Part shown: positions 9,347 to 19,350 of the stretch, in pieces
Numbering within the stretch: the first letter of the stretch is position 1
Layout: each line of letters starts with the position of its first letter
Origin: an uncultured Lachnospiraceae bacterium
GTDB taxonomy: Bacteria; Bacillota; Clostridia; Lachnospirales; Lachnospiraceae
Reading direction: 5' to 3'
Assembly: GCA_900320345.1 (NCBI GenBank)
Contig: ONRZ01000009.1
Location: 3,950-67,949, forward strand
Length of the DNA stretch: 64,000 nucleotides
Program-made: the position numbers and the translations under genes
The notes under the pieces: generated by a model
What the model was told of the DNA's origin: nothing
What the model saw: only the letters and a program-made list of their open reading frames with translations
Databases searched by the model: none

Positions 9347-12300
9347 TCATTCCGAATATATATCAAACAAAGACAGCTGGTTTGACTCCGGAAGCCTGTC
9401 AAGTATCTTAAGTTCCGTCAGCTTCTCAACTACTGTCGAAGAAACCCTTGTCCTTTCGCGGAAATCATCCTTTGAAATAAACGGACCGTCCTTGCATGCA
9501 TCCACTATCGCATCCGCTGCCTTATCACCCAGGCCTTCGATGCTGCCAAGATGCGGCATGATCTTCCCGTCTATCACCTGACATTTATGCGCCTTTGCCC
9601 TGAACATATCTATCGGCATGAATTCATATCCGCGCGCATACATCTCCTGTACGAGACGCATGTCGCGAAGTTCATCCTGCTCCTTCTTGCTGAGGCTGTC
9701 CTCCCTCTTTTTGTAATCCGCAAGATACCCTTCAAGTACCTCTCTTCCCAGGCACATCTTTTCATATGAAAATCCCGATGCCCTTATACTGAAGAACGCC
9801 GCGTAATATGCCAGAGGATAATTAACCTTATAATATGCTATGCGCCATGCCATCATAACATATGCCGCGGCATGAGCCTTGGGGAACATGTACTTTATCT
9901 TCTCGCACGACCATATATACCAGTCGGGAACATCATGTTTTATCATGTCATCCTTCCATGCGTCCCACTTATCGCATTTTCCGCCCGCTATCTTACCCTT
10001 TCTCACATTCTCCATTATTTTAAACGACTCTTCGGGCTCGAGTCCCATTCCTATCAGATAGGTCATTATATCATCACGGGTACAGATACATGTGGATATC
10101 GTAGCCTTACCCTCTTCTATGAGTGTCTGCGCATTACCGAGCCATACATCCGTTCCGTGTGAAAGCCCGGATATCCTTACAAGATCAGAGAACGCCTGAG
10201 GTTTTGCATCTATTACCATCTGCATGGCAAAATCGGTCCCGAACTCCGGTATCCCAAGAGTACCCAACTGTGTACCTCCGATATCGGCAGGTTCTATCTT
10301 CAGAGCACTCGTGTTCTGGAACAGGGACATAACATCCTTATCATCCAGCGGTACCTTCTGCGGATCCGTATCGGTAAGATCCTGGAGCATCCTTATCATC
10401 GTAGGATCATCGTGTCCCAGTATATCGAGCTTTAACAGGTTGTGATCGATCGAATGATAATCAAAGTGAGTAGTGACTATATCCGTGTTCATATCATTTG
10501 CGGGATGCTGTATCGGAGTGAACGAATATATCTCATCTCCGACCGGCAGCACGATTATACCGCCGGGATGCTGACCCGTGGTCCTGTGGATACCCGTGCA
10601 GCCCATGGTTATCCTGTTTATCTCGCAGGAACGCTTCCTTATACCACGTTCCTCATAATAATTCTTAACATATCCGTATGCCGTCTTATCTGCAAGCGTG
10701 CCTATGGTCCCTGCCCTGAAGGTCTGCCCGTCACCAAAGATGACCTCGGTATACTTGTGTGCCTTCGACTGGTATTCACCCGAGAAATTAAGGTCTATAT
10801 CCGGCTCCTTATCTCCCTTGAAACCAAGGAAGGTCTCAAACGGGATGTCAAATCCCTCCTTGTTTAAAGGCTCATTGCAGTTAGGGCACAGCTTATCGGG
10901 CATATCACAGCCCGCACGTCCGGCATAAGCCTTAACCTCATCCGAATCAAAATCGACATAATGGCATTTCGGACACAGATAATGAGGCGGAAGCGGATTT
11001 ACTTCGGTTATTCCGGCCATCGTCGCTACGAACGATGAACCTACGGAACCCCTTGAGCCAACCAGATAACCGTCCTCCATGGATTTCCACACAAGCTTCT
11101 GCGCTATTATGTACATGACCGCAAAACCGTTGCTGATTATAGAATTAAGTTCCCGTTCGAGCCTCGCAGATACCTGCTCGGGGAGATCATCCCCGTACAT
11201 CTCATGAGCCTTGCTGTAACAGATGTCGCGCAGTATCTGATCCGAATTCTCTATCACGGGGGGACATTTGTCGGGACGTACCGGCTCGATGTCATCGACC
11301 ATGTCCGCTATAAGTTCCGTATTCGTCACAACGATCTCATATGCCTTGTCATAAGGAAGATAATCAAATTCCTTAAGCATCTCCTCCGTGGTACGAAGAT
11401 ACAGCGGTGCCTGATCATCGGCGTCCTTAAAGCCCTTGCCTGCCATTATTATCCGTCTGTATACCTCATCCTCGGGATCAAGGAAATGAACATCACAGGT
11501 AGCGACAACGGGCTTACCCAGTTTCTCGCCCAGTGCGATTATCTTCTTATTGATGTTTATAAGATCCTCCCATGAATTGACATTCTCATGGTGCGGATCT
11601 TCTATCATATACTCATTGTTCCCAAGCGGCTGTATCTCAAGATAATCATAAAAACTTGCGATATCCGATATTTCGGCCTCACTCTTCTCATCGACTATCG
11701 CGCGGTACAGTTCACCCGCTTCGCAGGCCGAACCTATGATAAGTCCCTCTCTGTACTGTTCGAGAAGGCTCTTTGGTATCCTCTGGTTCCTGTGGAAATA
11801 CTTAAGGTGTGACAAGGACACGAGCCTGTACAGATTGATCCTTCCTATCTCATTCTTTGCAAGGATGATGACATGATAGGACATTGATTTTTTAATTATA
11901 TCAACGGAATTCCTGCCGAATTCCCAGAGCGCATCAAGATCGTTTATCCCCTGTTCCTTAAGCCTCATATTGAGCTTTATGAAGATCTCGGCTGTACATT
12001 CGGCATCATCCACTGCCCTGTGATGATGCTCAAGGGATACATTCAATGCCTTTGCAACATTATCGAGCTTGAACTTTCCAAGTTCCGGAAGCAACGCCCT
12101 GGCCATAGCGACCGTATCAAGGAACGTGAAGTCCGTTTCTATGGCAAGGTCCTTAGCCTTTTGTTTTATAAAACTCACGTCAAACTTTGCATTGTGAGCT
12201 ACAAGCGCACATCCTTCACAGAACTCAAGGAACTTCGGCAGGACCTCTGTTATGAACGGAGCATCCTCAACCATCTGATCCGTTATGGATGTAAGCTGTG

Positions 12301-13876
12301 TTATCCTGAAGGGTATCGGCTCTTTGGGATTGACAAAGGTTGAAAACCTCTCGGTTATCGCGCCGTTTATCACCTTCACCGCACCTATCTCGATTATGCT
12401 GTTTCTCTCCGGATTAAATCCGGTAGTCTCAATATCAAATACTACATATTTATCATCAAGGGACTGTCCGTGTCCGTTAACTACGATCCCCATGGAATCG
12501 TCGACCAGATACCCCTCAACTCCGTAAATAAGCTTAAAGTCGGGATATTTCTTCCTTATGCCCGGAAGAGCATGAAAAGCATCGGTAAATGCCTGCACCA
12601 CACCGTGATCCGTGATCGCAAGTGCCTTATGGCCCCACTCTGCAGCCCGCTTCATCAAGGCACCGACATCACTGACGCCGTCCATATCGCTCATCTTGGT
12701 ATGACAGTGAAGTTCGACGCGCTTTTCCTCTGCGGTATCCATCCTTACCGTTCCCGTCTTCTCTTCCGCCTTCTTAATACCGCTCACATATCCGAGCGAC
12801 AGTTCACCATCGAACTTATCTATGGAAGCGACTGCCTTTATATATATGCAGCACCCCTCCGCAAGATATGCAAACAGTCTCTCCTTCTGCTCGAGCCTCG
12901 GAAACATCTTGACCGTTATCGTATCCGTCTGATCCGTGATGTCGAATATGACCATGAGCTTTCCGGTCTTGGTCTCCCTTGTCTCAAGACGGATCACCTT
13001 ACCATAAACAGTAACTTCTCCGGTCATTCCTTCCAGATCGGCAATGCTTAACACCGCATCATCAAAATCCCTTCCGAATATCACATCCGGATTGTCGGAT
13101 TCCTTGCGGTATCTTCTGCCTCCTGCATTTCTTCCCCTTACGTTTGAGCCGCTTCCTTCCGATGCTGCATTCTTCTCCTTATCATCGGAAGCAGCTGCAG
13201 CTGATCCTGCTGCGGCATCAGGTACGTCTCCCTCTTTTGCCGGCATATATCCGTCATCCGAAACTTCATTAACGGCCGGTGACTCAGCTTCGGGGATAAT
13301 ACCGCCCGAAGTGATCCTTAATATCTCTTCACTCATCCTTCGCTGCGCCGCAACTACAGCCCTGCTCTTCTCATGTTCCTTATATTCAACGAAAACAGAT
13401 GCGTCTATCCCGCATCTTTCACCCAATATCTTGTCAAATATCCTTATGATATCTTCCGTATGCTCCCTGGCTACCACAGTATCGTCAAGAACAAGCTTAA
13501 GGACATTGTCCTCGGGGAATTCGAAATCGGCATGATACAGTGTCAGATAATCGAACTGATCGTAGTGCTTGAATTCCTCAAGTATACTGTCCCTGTATTC
13601 TTCGATCAGAGTACGCACATTATATCTGCCGGAGAGTTCGAAACTCTCCTGTATGGTCACCCTCAGCGCATCATTTGAGAACAGCTGCCTTGCTATCTCT
13701 CTTTCAAGCGCATAAATATGGTTCTTCTCTACCAGATGCGGTATCCTAAGATATATCCTCAGCCTGTCTCGCTTAACAGTACTCGATATCTTCAGGACCT
13801 CGGCATCCATAAATATCAGTTCGAGATCATTATTCAGTTGGAGTGTTGGAAATACTTCCCGAAAAACCTTGCTCAT
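9347..13876 (-). CDS. polC: DNA polymerase III alpha subunit, Gram-positive PolC type
   Basis: 1509 aa. PHP domain (ELHCHTKMSDMDG), inserted DnaQ-like exonuclease (YVVFDIETTGF ... HHRAVDDAE), Pol III alpha core and a C-terminal HhH region. Confidence 0.97.
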   Translation of the reverse strand: MSKVFREVFPTLQLNNDLELIFMDAEVLKISSTVKRDRLRIYLRIPHLVEKNHIYALEREIARQLFSNDALRVTIQESFELSGRYNVRTLIEEYRDSILEEFKHYDQFDYLTLYHADFEFPEDNVLKLVLDDTVVAREHTEDIIRIFDKILGERCGIDASVFVEYKEHEKSRAVVAAQRRMSEEILRITSGGIIPEAESPAVNEVSDDGYMPAKEGDVPDAAAGSAAAASDDKEKNAASEGSGSNVRGRNAGGRRYRKESDNPDVIFGRDFDDAVLSIADLEGMTGEVTVYGKVIRLETRETKTGKLMVIFDITDQTDTITVKMFPRLEQKERLFAYLAEGCCIYIKAVASIDKFDGELSLGYVSGIKKAEEKTGTVRMDTAEEKRVELHCHTKMSDMDGVSDVGALMKRAAEWGHKALAITDHGVVQAFTDAFHALPGIRKKYPDFKLIYGVEGYLVDDSMGIVVNGHGQSLDDKYVVFDIETTGFNPERNSIIEIGAVKVINGAITERFSTFVNPKEPIPFRITQLTSITDQMVEDAPFITEVLPKFLEFCEGCALVAHNAKFDVSFIKQKAKDLAIETDFTFLDTVAMARALLPELGKFKLDNVAKALNVSLEHHHRAVDDAECTAEIFIKLNMRLKEQGINDLDALWEFGRNSVDIIKKSMSYHVIILAKNEIGRINLYRLVSLSHLKYFHRNQRIPKSLLEQYREGLIIGSACEAGELYRAIVDEKSEAEISDIASFYDYLEIQPLGNNEYMIEDPHHENVNSWEDLININKKIIALGEKLGKPVVATCDVHFLDPEDEVYRRIIMAGKGFKDADDQAPLYLRTTEEMLKEFDYLPYDKAYEIVVTNTELIADMVDDIEPVRPDKCPPVIENSDQILRDICYSKAHEMYGDDLPEQVSARLERELNSIISNGFAVMYIIAQKLVWKSMEDGYLVGSRGSVGSSFVATMAGITEVNPLPPHYLCPKCHYVDFDSDEVKAYAGRAGCDMPDKLCPNCNEPLNKEGFDIPFETFLGFKGDKEPDIDLNFSGEYQSKAHKYTEVIFGDGQTFRAGTIGTLADKTAYGYVKNYYEERGIRKRSCEINRITMGCTGIHRTTGQHPGGIIVLPVGDEIYSFTPIQHPANDMNTDIVTTHFDYHSIDHNLLKLDILGHDDPTMIRMLQDLTDTDPQKVPLDDKDVMSLFQNTSALKIEPADIGGTQLGTLGIPEFGTDFAMQMVIDAKPQAFSDLVRISGLSHGTDVWLGNAQTLIEEGKATISTCICTRDDIMTYLIGMGLEPEESFKIMENVRKGKIAGGKCDKWDAWKDDMIKHDVPDWYIWSCEKIKYMFPKAHAAAYVMMAWRIAYYKVNYPLAYYAAFFSIRASGFSYEKMCLGREVLEGYLADYKKREDSLSKKEQDELRDMRLVQEMYARGYEFMPIDMFRAKAHKCQVIDGKIMPHLGSIEGLGDKAADAIVDACKDGPFISKDDFRERTRVSSTVVEKLTELKILDRLPESNQLSLFDIYSE

Positions 13877-13904
13877 ATCTTCTTATCTTCCTGTGACCCT
13901 GATC

Positions 13905-14966
13905 TCAGGCCTTGCCCCAGTTATCCAGTTCCGCCTTAAGCGCACCGAGGAGATCTTCTTCCGGTATCTTTCTTATTATCTCACCCTTTTTTATAAGAAG
14001 TCCCTCTCCGTTACCGCCGCATATGCCTATATCGGCTTCCCTTGCTTCACCGGGTCCGTTCACGACGCATCCCATACACGCGACCTTTATGTCAAGATCA
14101 TAGCCGGCAACAAGCTTCTCCACTTCATTTGCCAGTGATATCAGGTCTATCCCGGTCCTTCCGCAGGTGGGACATGATACCACTTCTATTCCGCCTTTCC
14201 TTAATCCCAATGTCTTAAGTATCCTGCGGGCTGATATGATCTCCTCCACCGGATCTCCGGTAAGCGATACCCTTATCGTGTCTCCTATGCCCATATTAAG
14301 GATGATGCCCAGTCCTACCGCCGACTTGATATTTCCGGATCTTACCGTTCCGGATTCAGTTATCCCCACATGCAGCGGATAGACGCATTTTGGTGCGAGC
14401 AGTTCATGTGCCCTTACGCACATCATGACATCGGAAGACTTGATGCTCACCACTATATTGTCGTAATCGCACTCCTCTATCATCCTTACCTTGTCAAGTG
14501 CGCTTTCCACTATCCCTTCGGCAGTTACACCGCCGTATTTTTCAATAAGAGGCTTCTCTAAGGATCCCGAATTCACTCCTACCCTTATCGGAACATTTCT
14601 CTCCTTAGCTGCACGGACTACAGCCTCTACGTTCTCCCTGCCGCCTATATTGCCGGGATTTATCCTTATCTTATCCGCTCCGTTTTGTATCGCGGCAATG
14701 GCAAGAGAATGATCGAAATGGATGTCGGCCACTATAGGGATATGTATACGTTTCCTGATCTGCCCTATAGCCTCTGCCGCCCTGAGCGTCGGTACAGTCG
14801 AACGGATTATCTCACAACCCGCTTCCTCTAACTTAAGTATCTGACCGACCGTGGCATCTACATCCTCGGTCTTTGTATTTGTCATAGACTGGATCCTTAC
14901 CGGATTGCCTCCTCCGATCTTAACTCCGCCTATATCAACAACTCTCGTATTGTCTCTGTAACTCAT
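13905..14966 (-). CDS. ispG: 4-hydroxy-3-methylbut-2-en-1-yl diphosphate synthase
   Basis: 353 aa, GcpE family. Motifs: IRINPGNIG, plus Cys ligands in [10 protein letters not shown] and [12 protein letters not shown]. Confidence 0.95.
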   Translation of the reverse strand: MSYRDNTRVVDIGGVKIGGGNPVRIQSMTNTKTEDVDATVGQILKLEEAGCEIIRSTVPTLRAAEAIGQIRKRIHIPIVADIHFDHSLAIAAIQNGADKIRINPGNIGGRENVEAVVRAAKERNVPIRVGVNSGSLEKPLIEKYGGVTAEGIVESALDKVRMIEECDYDNIVVSIKSSDVMMCVRAHELLAPKCVYPLHVGITESGTVRSGNIKSAVGLGIILNMGIGDTIRVSLTGDPVEEIISARRILKTLGLRKGGIEVVSCPTCGRTGIDLISLANEVEKLVAGYDLDIKVACMGCVVNGPGEAREADIGICGGNGEGLLIKKGEIIRKIPEEDLLGALKAELDNWGKA

Positions 14967-15081
14967 GGTACTTTCCTTCCGTTTTTCTTCTATCTATAGT
15001 ACCATTTTTATGTTCAAATACAATACCTTGTGCTTTTATTGATACATATTACTTTTGCCGAACTGCCCGTACCTCGTTTTA

Positions 15082-17595
15082 TCAGTTCTCCATAGCCCTG
15101 TCGGCTGTTCTTACCGAATACAGATAATAAACGACCACCGCCGCGGCAAGTACCGCAACCGTCATTATTATGAGAAATATCCTGAGTCCTTTATTGCTCC
15201 CGCTCTTTGTATTCTGTTTAAGCGTCCGTATCGTAGAGGCTCCCTTGACTACCGGAGCCGCATTTGCGCATTTTGCCTCTATTGTCTGTGTAAGTATGTT
15301 GTCCGCCATATCCGAGGCTTCTATCTCTATCGTATAATCACCGAAATCCGGGATCTTAAGTTCAACATCCCTCTGTTTTTCCTGCGTGACCATCTCTTCC
15401 CCGTTAAGCCTGACAGATGTAAAGAAATCATCTTCATCATAAAGACTTAGCAGGAGGATATCATCCTTGTTCACGCTCCCGTCATCCGCCATACCGTCGA
15501 TCACGACTCTCGGCATTGTACCGTCCACTATGAATTCCACGGATTTCTCCGCCTGATTTCCCGCATCATCCACCGCGGATACCTTCAGGATATATCTCCC
15601 GTCTTCGCTTATCTCCTGGCTTTCATCGTAATTCATACTGTTTATATATGCCTTGTAGTCTACTCCTCCGTCGTCGCGGATGTATTCTCCGAAATTATCC
15701 GGCAGTTTAAAACTCTTAACATATTTTTTATTGAGATTCTCGATATAATCAATTTCCGGCTTGGTCATATCAAGTGTAAACCTCACTGTCTTTACAGCAC
15801 TGTTTCCGGCGGCATCCCGGACCCTTACTTCAAGTTCATATTCTCCCTCTTCCTCTATGGTGAGTGAAAACTCCGATACTTCACTGTCCATTATCCATTC
15901 GGGCGACTGACATACTCCGTTGCCGGATGTTTTTCCCTTGTTCTTAAGCACACAGGAGACCTCTGCCGTTTCATAATTGTTTTCCTTTATCCTGAAACTT
16001 ATGGTCGGCGGTGTATTGGTGACCGTGGCATCCTTTATACTGGCTCCTCCCGAGATATCTATGACAGGCACCGTCTTATCTATCGTGAACGATATACTGT
16101 CGTCACAGGTGTTGCCCGCCTGATCGGTCACGGATACCGTTATGTCATATTCACCGTCCGCTTTGAAATAGTACGTGTTCTTGCTGTAGCTCCCTTCCGT
16201 TCTGTACTGTGCGAGCCTTATATCATTTGTCCCGTTCCGCGAACTTACCGTACCGCTTACCTTAACCTTATATGCATCCGCAAAATTATCGTACGCACCG
16301 ATCGTGAGTGCCGCATCTTCCCTTGTTATACCGCCCTGAGCCACTCCCGTAAGATCGATCCCCGGTGCCGTCATGTCAACCCTGAACATACACTTTACCG
16401 GAGCAGATGTATTCCCGGCGCCGTCCACAGCTTTGCATTCAACACTGTAATCCCCGTCCCTGTCTGCCAAAAACAGCACTTTCTCCTTAAGTTCAGCAAG
16501 TGTCCCTGCGGAACTCCCGATCACTTCTTCTGTCCCTTCATATGTCCTCTTTATCGTATAACCGACGCACACGGTATTGATATGCGCATCTTCTCCGGTT
16601 ACGGATATGTTTACGGCTTTACCGTATGTTCCGCCGTTTTCCGCTCCGGTTAGATCTATCGACGGAGCAGTCTTGTCTATCTTAACCGTCTTCCTGATCA
16701 CATTTACATTACCTGCCGCATCGGAAGCTTCTATAAGCAGCTCGTTTCCGTTATCATCGGCAGTTTCGGCACTTATCACAAATTCCTTTTCAAACCCCGT
16801 CAGGTTAGATCCGCTCTGATACGTTTCCTCCGCTATCTGTGTACCGGCGCATGATACTTTAAGTGTCGCAGGCTTTGATCCGGTGTCATTAACCTTTACC
16901 CTGCACTTTATATTTCCGTTTGTCCATGTATCGAACTCACCTTCACTATACAGGTCGATAGAGGGCTGCACCGAATCCAGCAGGACATAATACCGGGCCG
17001 ATAACACTTCATGGACAGGCTCTGCGTCTATCAGTTTTTCAGCCGCTTTCCTGTTCTTCTCATACTCTGCCCTTTTTGCTTTTGCTGCCTTATTCTCGGA
17101 AACACTGTTCTCCGATACCTGCTCCGGTTCACTTTCTTCCGGCTTAAGCACATATTCCTGGAGTTTTCTGAATCTGATACAGTACGATCCGTCAGTGATC
17201 GCTCCCGGTATCAGTGTAAAAGCTCCTCCCGCTGTGTCCTTCCATTCCTCAGGTTCTGAACCTTTCCCTGTGCTTAACGAATACTGACACAGGACCTTAC
17301 AGTCGATCTGTGCATCAGCACCCGCATTTTTTTCATTCTCATTTAACCTGTACTTAAACAGATCCTGTTCAACACCGGTATCCATCTGATAATTAAGCCG
17401 GACATTGGTACTTATTATTTCCTTATCACCGGGAGTCACCTTGACTCCGTCATTTCGCGAAATATCCACATCCAGTATCCTGTCCGCCGTCACCGTATCC
17501 TTCCCGGCCGCGTATACACATAACTGTCCAAAGCACGATCCCCATATCAATAACCAGATAACTCCCGCATAAACTTTTACAAAAAACGATCTCAT
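15082..17595 (-). CDS. Cell-surface protein with about 6 Ig-like repeats and a C-terminal TM anchor
   Basis: Track ORF runs 15082-17637. I prefer the ATG at 17595 (MRSFFVKVYAGVIWLLIW..., signal peptide), preceded by AAGGAGC. It carries repeats of about 95-100 aa, each ending in D-x-AGN and followed by (I/V/L)D-x-T-x-P-x-I. C-terminal TM is GLRIFLIIMTVAVLAAAVVVYYLY. Confidence 0.6.
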   Translation of the reverse strand: MRSFFVKVYAGVIWLLIWGSCFGQLCVYAAGKDTVTADRILDVDISRNDGVKVTPGDKEIISTNVRLNYQMDTGVEQDLFKYRLNENEKNAGADAQIDCKVLCQYSLSTGKGSEPEEWKDTAGGAFTLIPGAITDGSYCIRFRKLQEYVLKPEESEPEQVSENSVSENKAAKAKRAEYEKNRKAAEKLIDAEPVHEVLSARYYVLLDSVQPSIDLYSEGEFDTWTNGNIKCRVKVNDTGSKPATLKVSCAGTQIAEETYQSGSNLTGFEKEFVISAETADDNGNELLIEASDAAGNVNVIRKTVKIDKTAPSIDLTGAENGGTYGKAVNISVTGEDAHINTVCVGYTIKRTYEGTEEVIGSSAGTLAELKEKVLFLADRDGDYSVECKAVDGAGNTSAPVKCMFRVDMTAPGIDLTGVAQGGITREDAALTIGAYDNFADAYKVKVSGTVSSRNGTNDIRLAQYRTEGSYSKNTYYFKADGEYDITVSVTDQAGNTCDDSISFTIDKTVPVIDISGGASIKDATVTNTPPTISFRIKENNYETAEVSCVLKNKGKTSGNGVCQSPEWIMDSEVSEFSLTIEEEGEYELEVRVRDAAGNSAVKTVRFTLDMTKPEIDYIENLNKKYVKSFKLPDNFGEYIRDDGGVDYKAYINSMNYDESQEISEDGRYILKVSAVDDAGNQAEKSVEFIVDGTMPRVVIDGMADDGSVNKDDILLLSLYDEDDFFTSVRLNGEEMVTQEKQRDVELKIPDFGDYTIEIEASDMADNILTQTIEAKCANAAPVVKGASTIRTLKQNTKSGSNKGLRIFLIIMTVAVLAAAVVVYYLYSVRTADRAMEN

Positions 17596-17643
17596 TCTAT
17601 ATTGCTCCTTACTTTGATCATAAACTGTCGGATACACGCTTCT

Positions 17644-19206
17644 TTACTGCTTATCTGCGTGCGTCCTCAACACTTCAAGCCTGCTCTTTATATCATCTGC
17701 CGCTCCGGCCTGCCCCGGATCCATAAGCCTTACCGCCTGCTCGCCGTAACTTATGGCTTTCGTACGGTCTCCCGCATCCTCATACAGGATACACAGACGC
17801 CTTAAGTACTCTGCTTCATATCCCGGTCCATCATCGGTATACAGTCCCTCCCGTACCGCATACCTTAGATCATGCAATCCGTCTTCAAGCACCCCTATCT
17901 CCTGCTTCGGATCATAGCCTTCAACACTTATGAGAGCATCATACAGATTGGCTATCATAAGATAATTCTCATATCTGACCCCGTCATAACCGAGTCCCTT
18001 ATTATATCTGTTAAACTCTTCAAGACACCTTACGTAATCCTCCCTGTCATTTTCAAACGTCATCTGCAGCCTGCACAGCTGCTTATAGTAAGCCGACTCG
18101 GGATATACTTCGGTATCAAGCATTTCAAAATATCTCAATGCTTCTCTGTAATTGCGCCTTACAAGAAAATAATTCTTCGCGACTTCATACGTAAACCGCA
18201 TACAGCTGTCATCGTCAAGACACCCGGATTCTATATAACCGCAGATGATGCGTATCCCCTCTTCCGTATACTCACCGTCTACTATATGCTCATTAGCCTC
18301 TGCGATCATCCTTTCCGCCGCGTTATCTATAGGTTCGGCCAACACATATCTGACAGCCGCAATACCAAATATCCCTATCGCTGTCACAGCTGCAGCCGCG
18401 GCAAGAGAGAGCCTTATCCGTGCCGCTTTTTTCCCGCCGCCCTTAAGCATCCTTATCGCATCTGCCAGTTCACCCATACCGGGATAACGCTCGTCCTTGT
18501 CTTCGCTTATACAGTTAAGGATGATCGTTCTGATCCTGCCCGGTATCCCCCTCTCTTCCCTTACGAGCTTCTCCTGCTCCTTAAGATCAGGTACAGGCGG
18601 TCTGCCTGTTATCATCGCATACATCAGCATCCCAAATGCGAAAACATCCGTGCGTTCATCCAGCAGTTCCCCACGGTTGTAATACTGTTCCGGAGCCGCA
18701 TATCCCGGTGTTCCGTACAGGGAACCCCTTTCCGCTATCCTCCCGGCTATACCGAAATCGATAAGCCTTAAGCTTCCGTCAGCCTTGAGCATGATGTTTT
18801 CAAGTTTCAGATCCAGATACAGTATTGACGGCTTACGGTCATGAAGATACTTAATGGCAGCTGCTATATCCATCCACCACTCTATAAGCATCTTCCTGCT
18901 TACCTTGTTTGTACAAAGCGCCCGGTCAAGAGTCGTGCCCTCTATATAGTCGCTGACAATGTAATATCCTTCCTCATCCTGCCATGCATCTACTATCCGC
19001 GGGAACATCTCATGATCGAGCATGATCATCATATTTATCTCATTCTGCGCCAGCCAGACCGTATCATCATCGCATGGAAGAAACTTTACCGCCCATTTCT
19101 TGCCTATGGAAACATCTTCCGCAAGAAAAACAGACGAAGTCCCTCCTCTGCCTATCTGTCTTAATATACGATAACGACCGCGCAGGATAAGACCCGAAGA
19201 TAACAT
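17644..19206 (-). CDS. Hanks-type Ser/Thr protein kinase (non-RD) with a TM and an extracytoplasmic helical-repeat (TPR-like) domain
   Basis: 520 aa. Kinase motifs: G-loop GRGGTSSVF, WAVKF lysine, catalytic loop YLDLKLEN, DFG, GYAAPE. TM is around residues 266-290. The C-terminal region of about 230 aa is helical and repeat-like. Confidence 0.85.
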   Translation of the reverse strand: MLSSGLILRGRYRILRQIGRGGTSSVFLAEDVSIGKKWAVKFLPCDDDTVWLAQNEINMMIMLDHEMFPRIVDAWQDEEGYYIVSDYIEGTTLDRALCTNKVSRKMLIEWWMDIAAAIKYLHDRKPSILYLDLKLENIMLKADGSLRLIDFGIAGRIAERGSLYGTPGYAAPEQYYNRGELLDERTDVFAFGMLMYAMITGRPPVPDLKEQEKLVREERGIPGRIRTIILNCISEDKDERYPGMGELADAIRMLKGGGKKAARIRLSLAAAAAVTAIGIFGIAAVRYVLAEPIDNAAERMIAEANEHIVDGEYTEEGIRIICGYIESGCLDDDSCMRFTYEVAKNYFLVRRNYREALRYFEMLDTEVYPESAYYKQLCRLQMTFENDREDYVRCLEEFNRYNKGLGYDGVRYENYLMIANLYDALISVEGYDPKQEIGVLEDGLHDLRYAVREGLYTDDGPGYEAEYLRRLCILYEDAGDRTKAISYGEQAVRLMDPGQAGAADDIKSRLEVLRTHADKQ

Positions 19207-19350
19207 ACAATCACCCCGATCCTGCTGTACTTATGAAAAAATTAAATGGAATTATGACGGATTCCGCCCGATATGTTGATTTATGTGGTTATATAGTAAC
19301 CGATTGCTCAAAGAATTGTCAACATCTTTTTTATGAACAACCCGAAACAA

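Noticed and set aside
13090-13309. Low-complexity Ala/Ser/Gly/Asp-rich stretch in the N-terminal third of PolC. I considered an insertion or mobile intervening sequence.
   Set aside because: It lies in the naturally variable linker between the N-terminal domains and the OB/PHP region. It has no intein or nuclease motifs and the frame is continuous.
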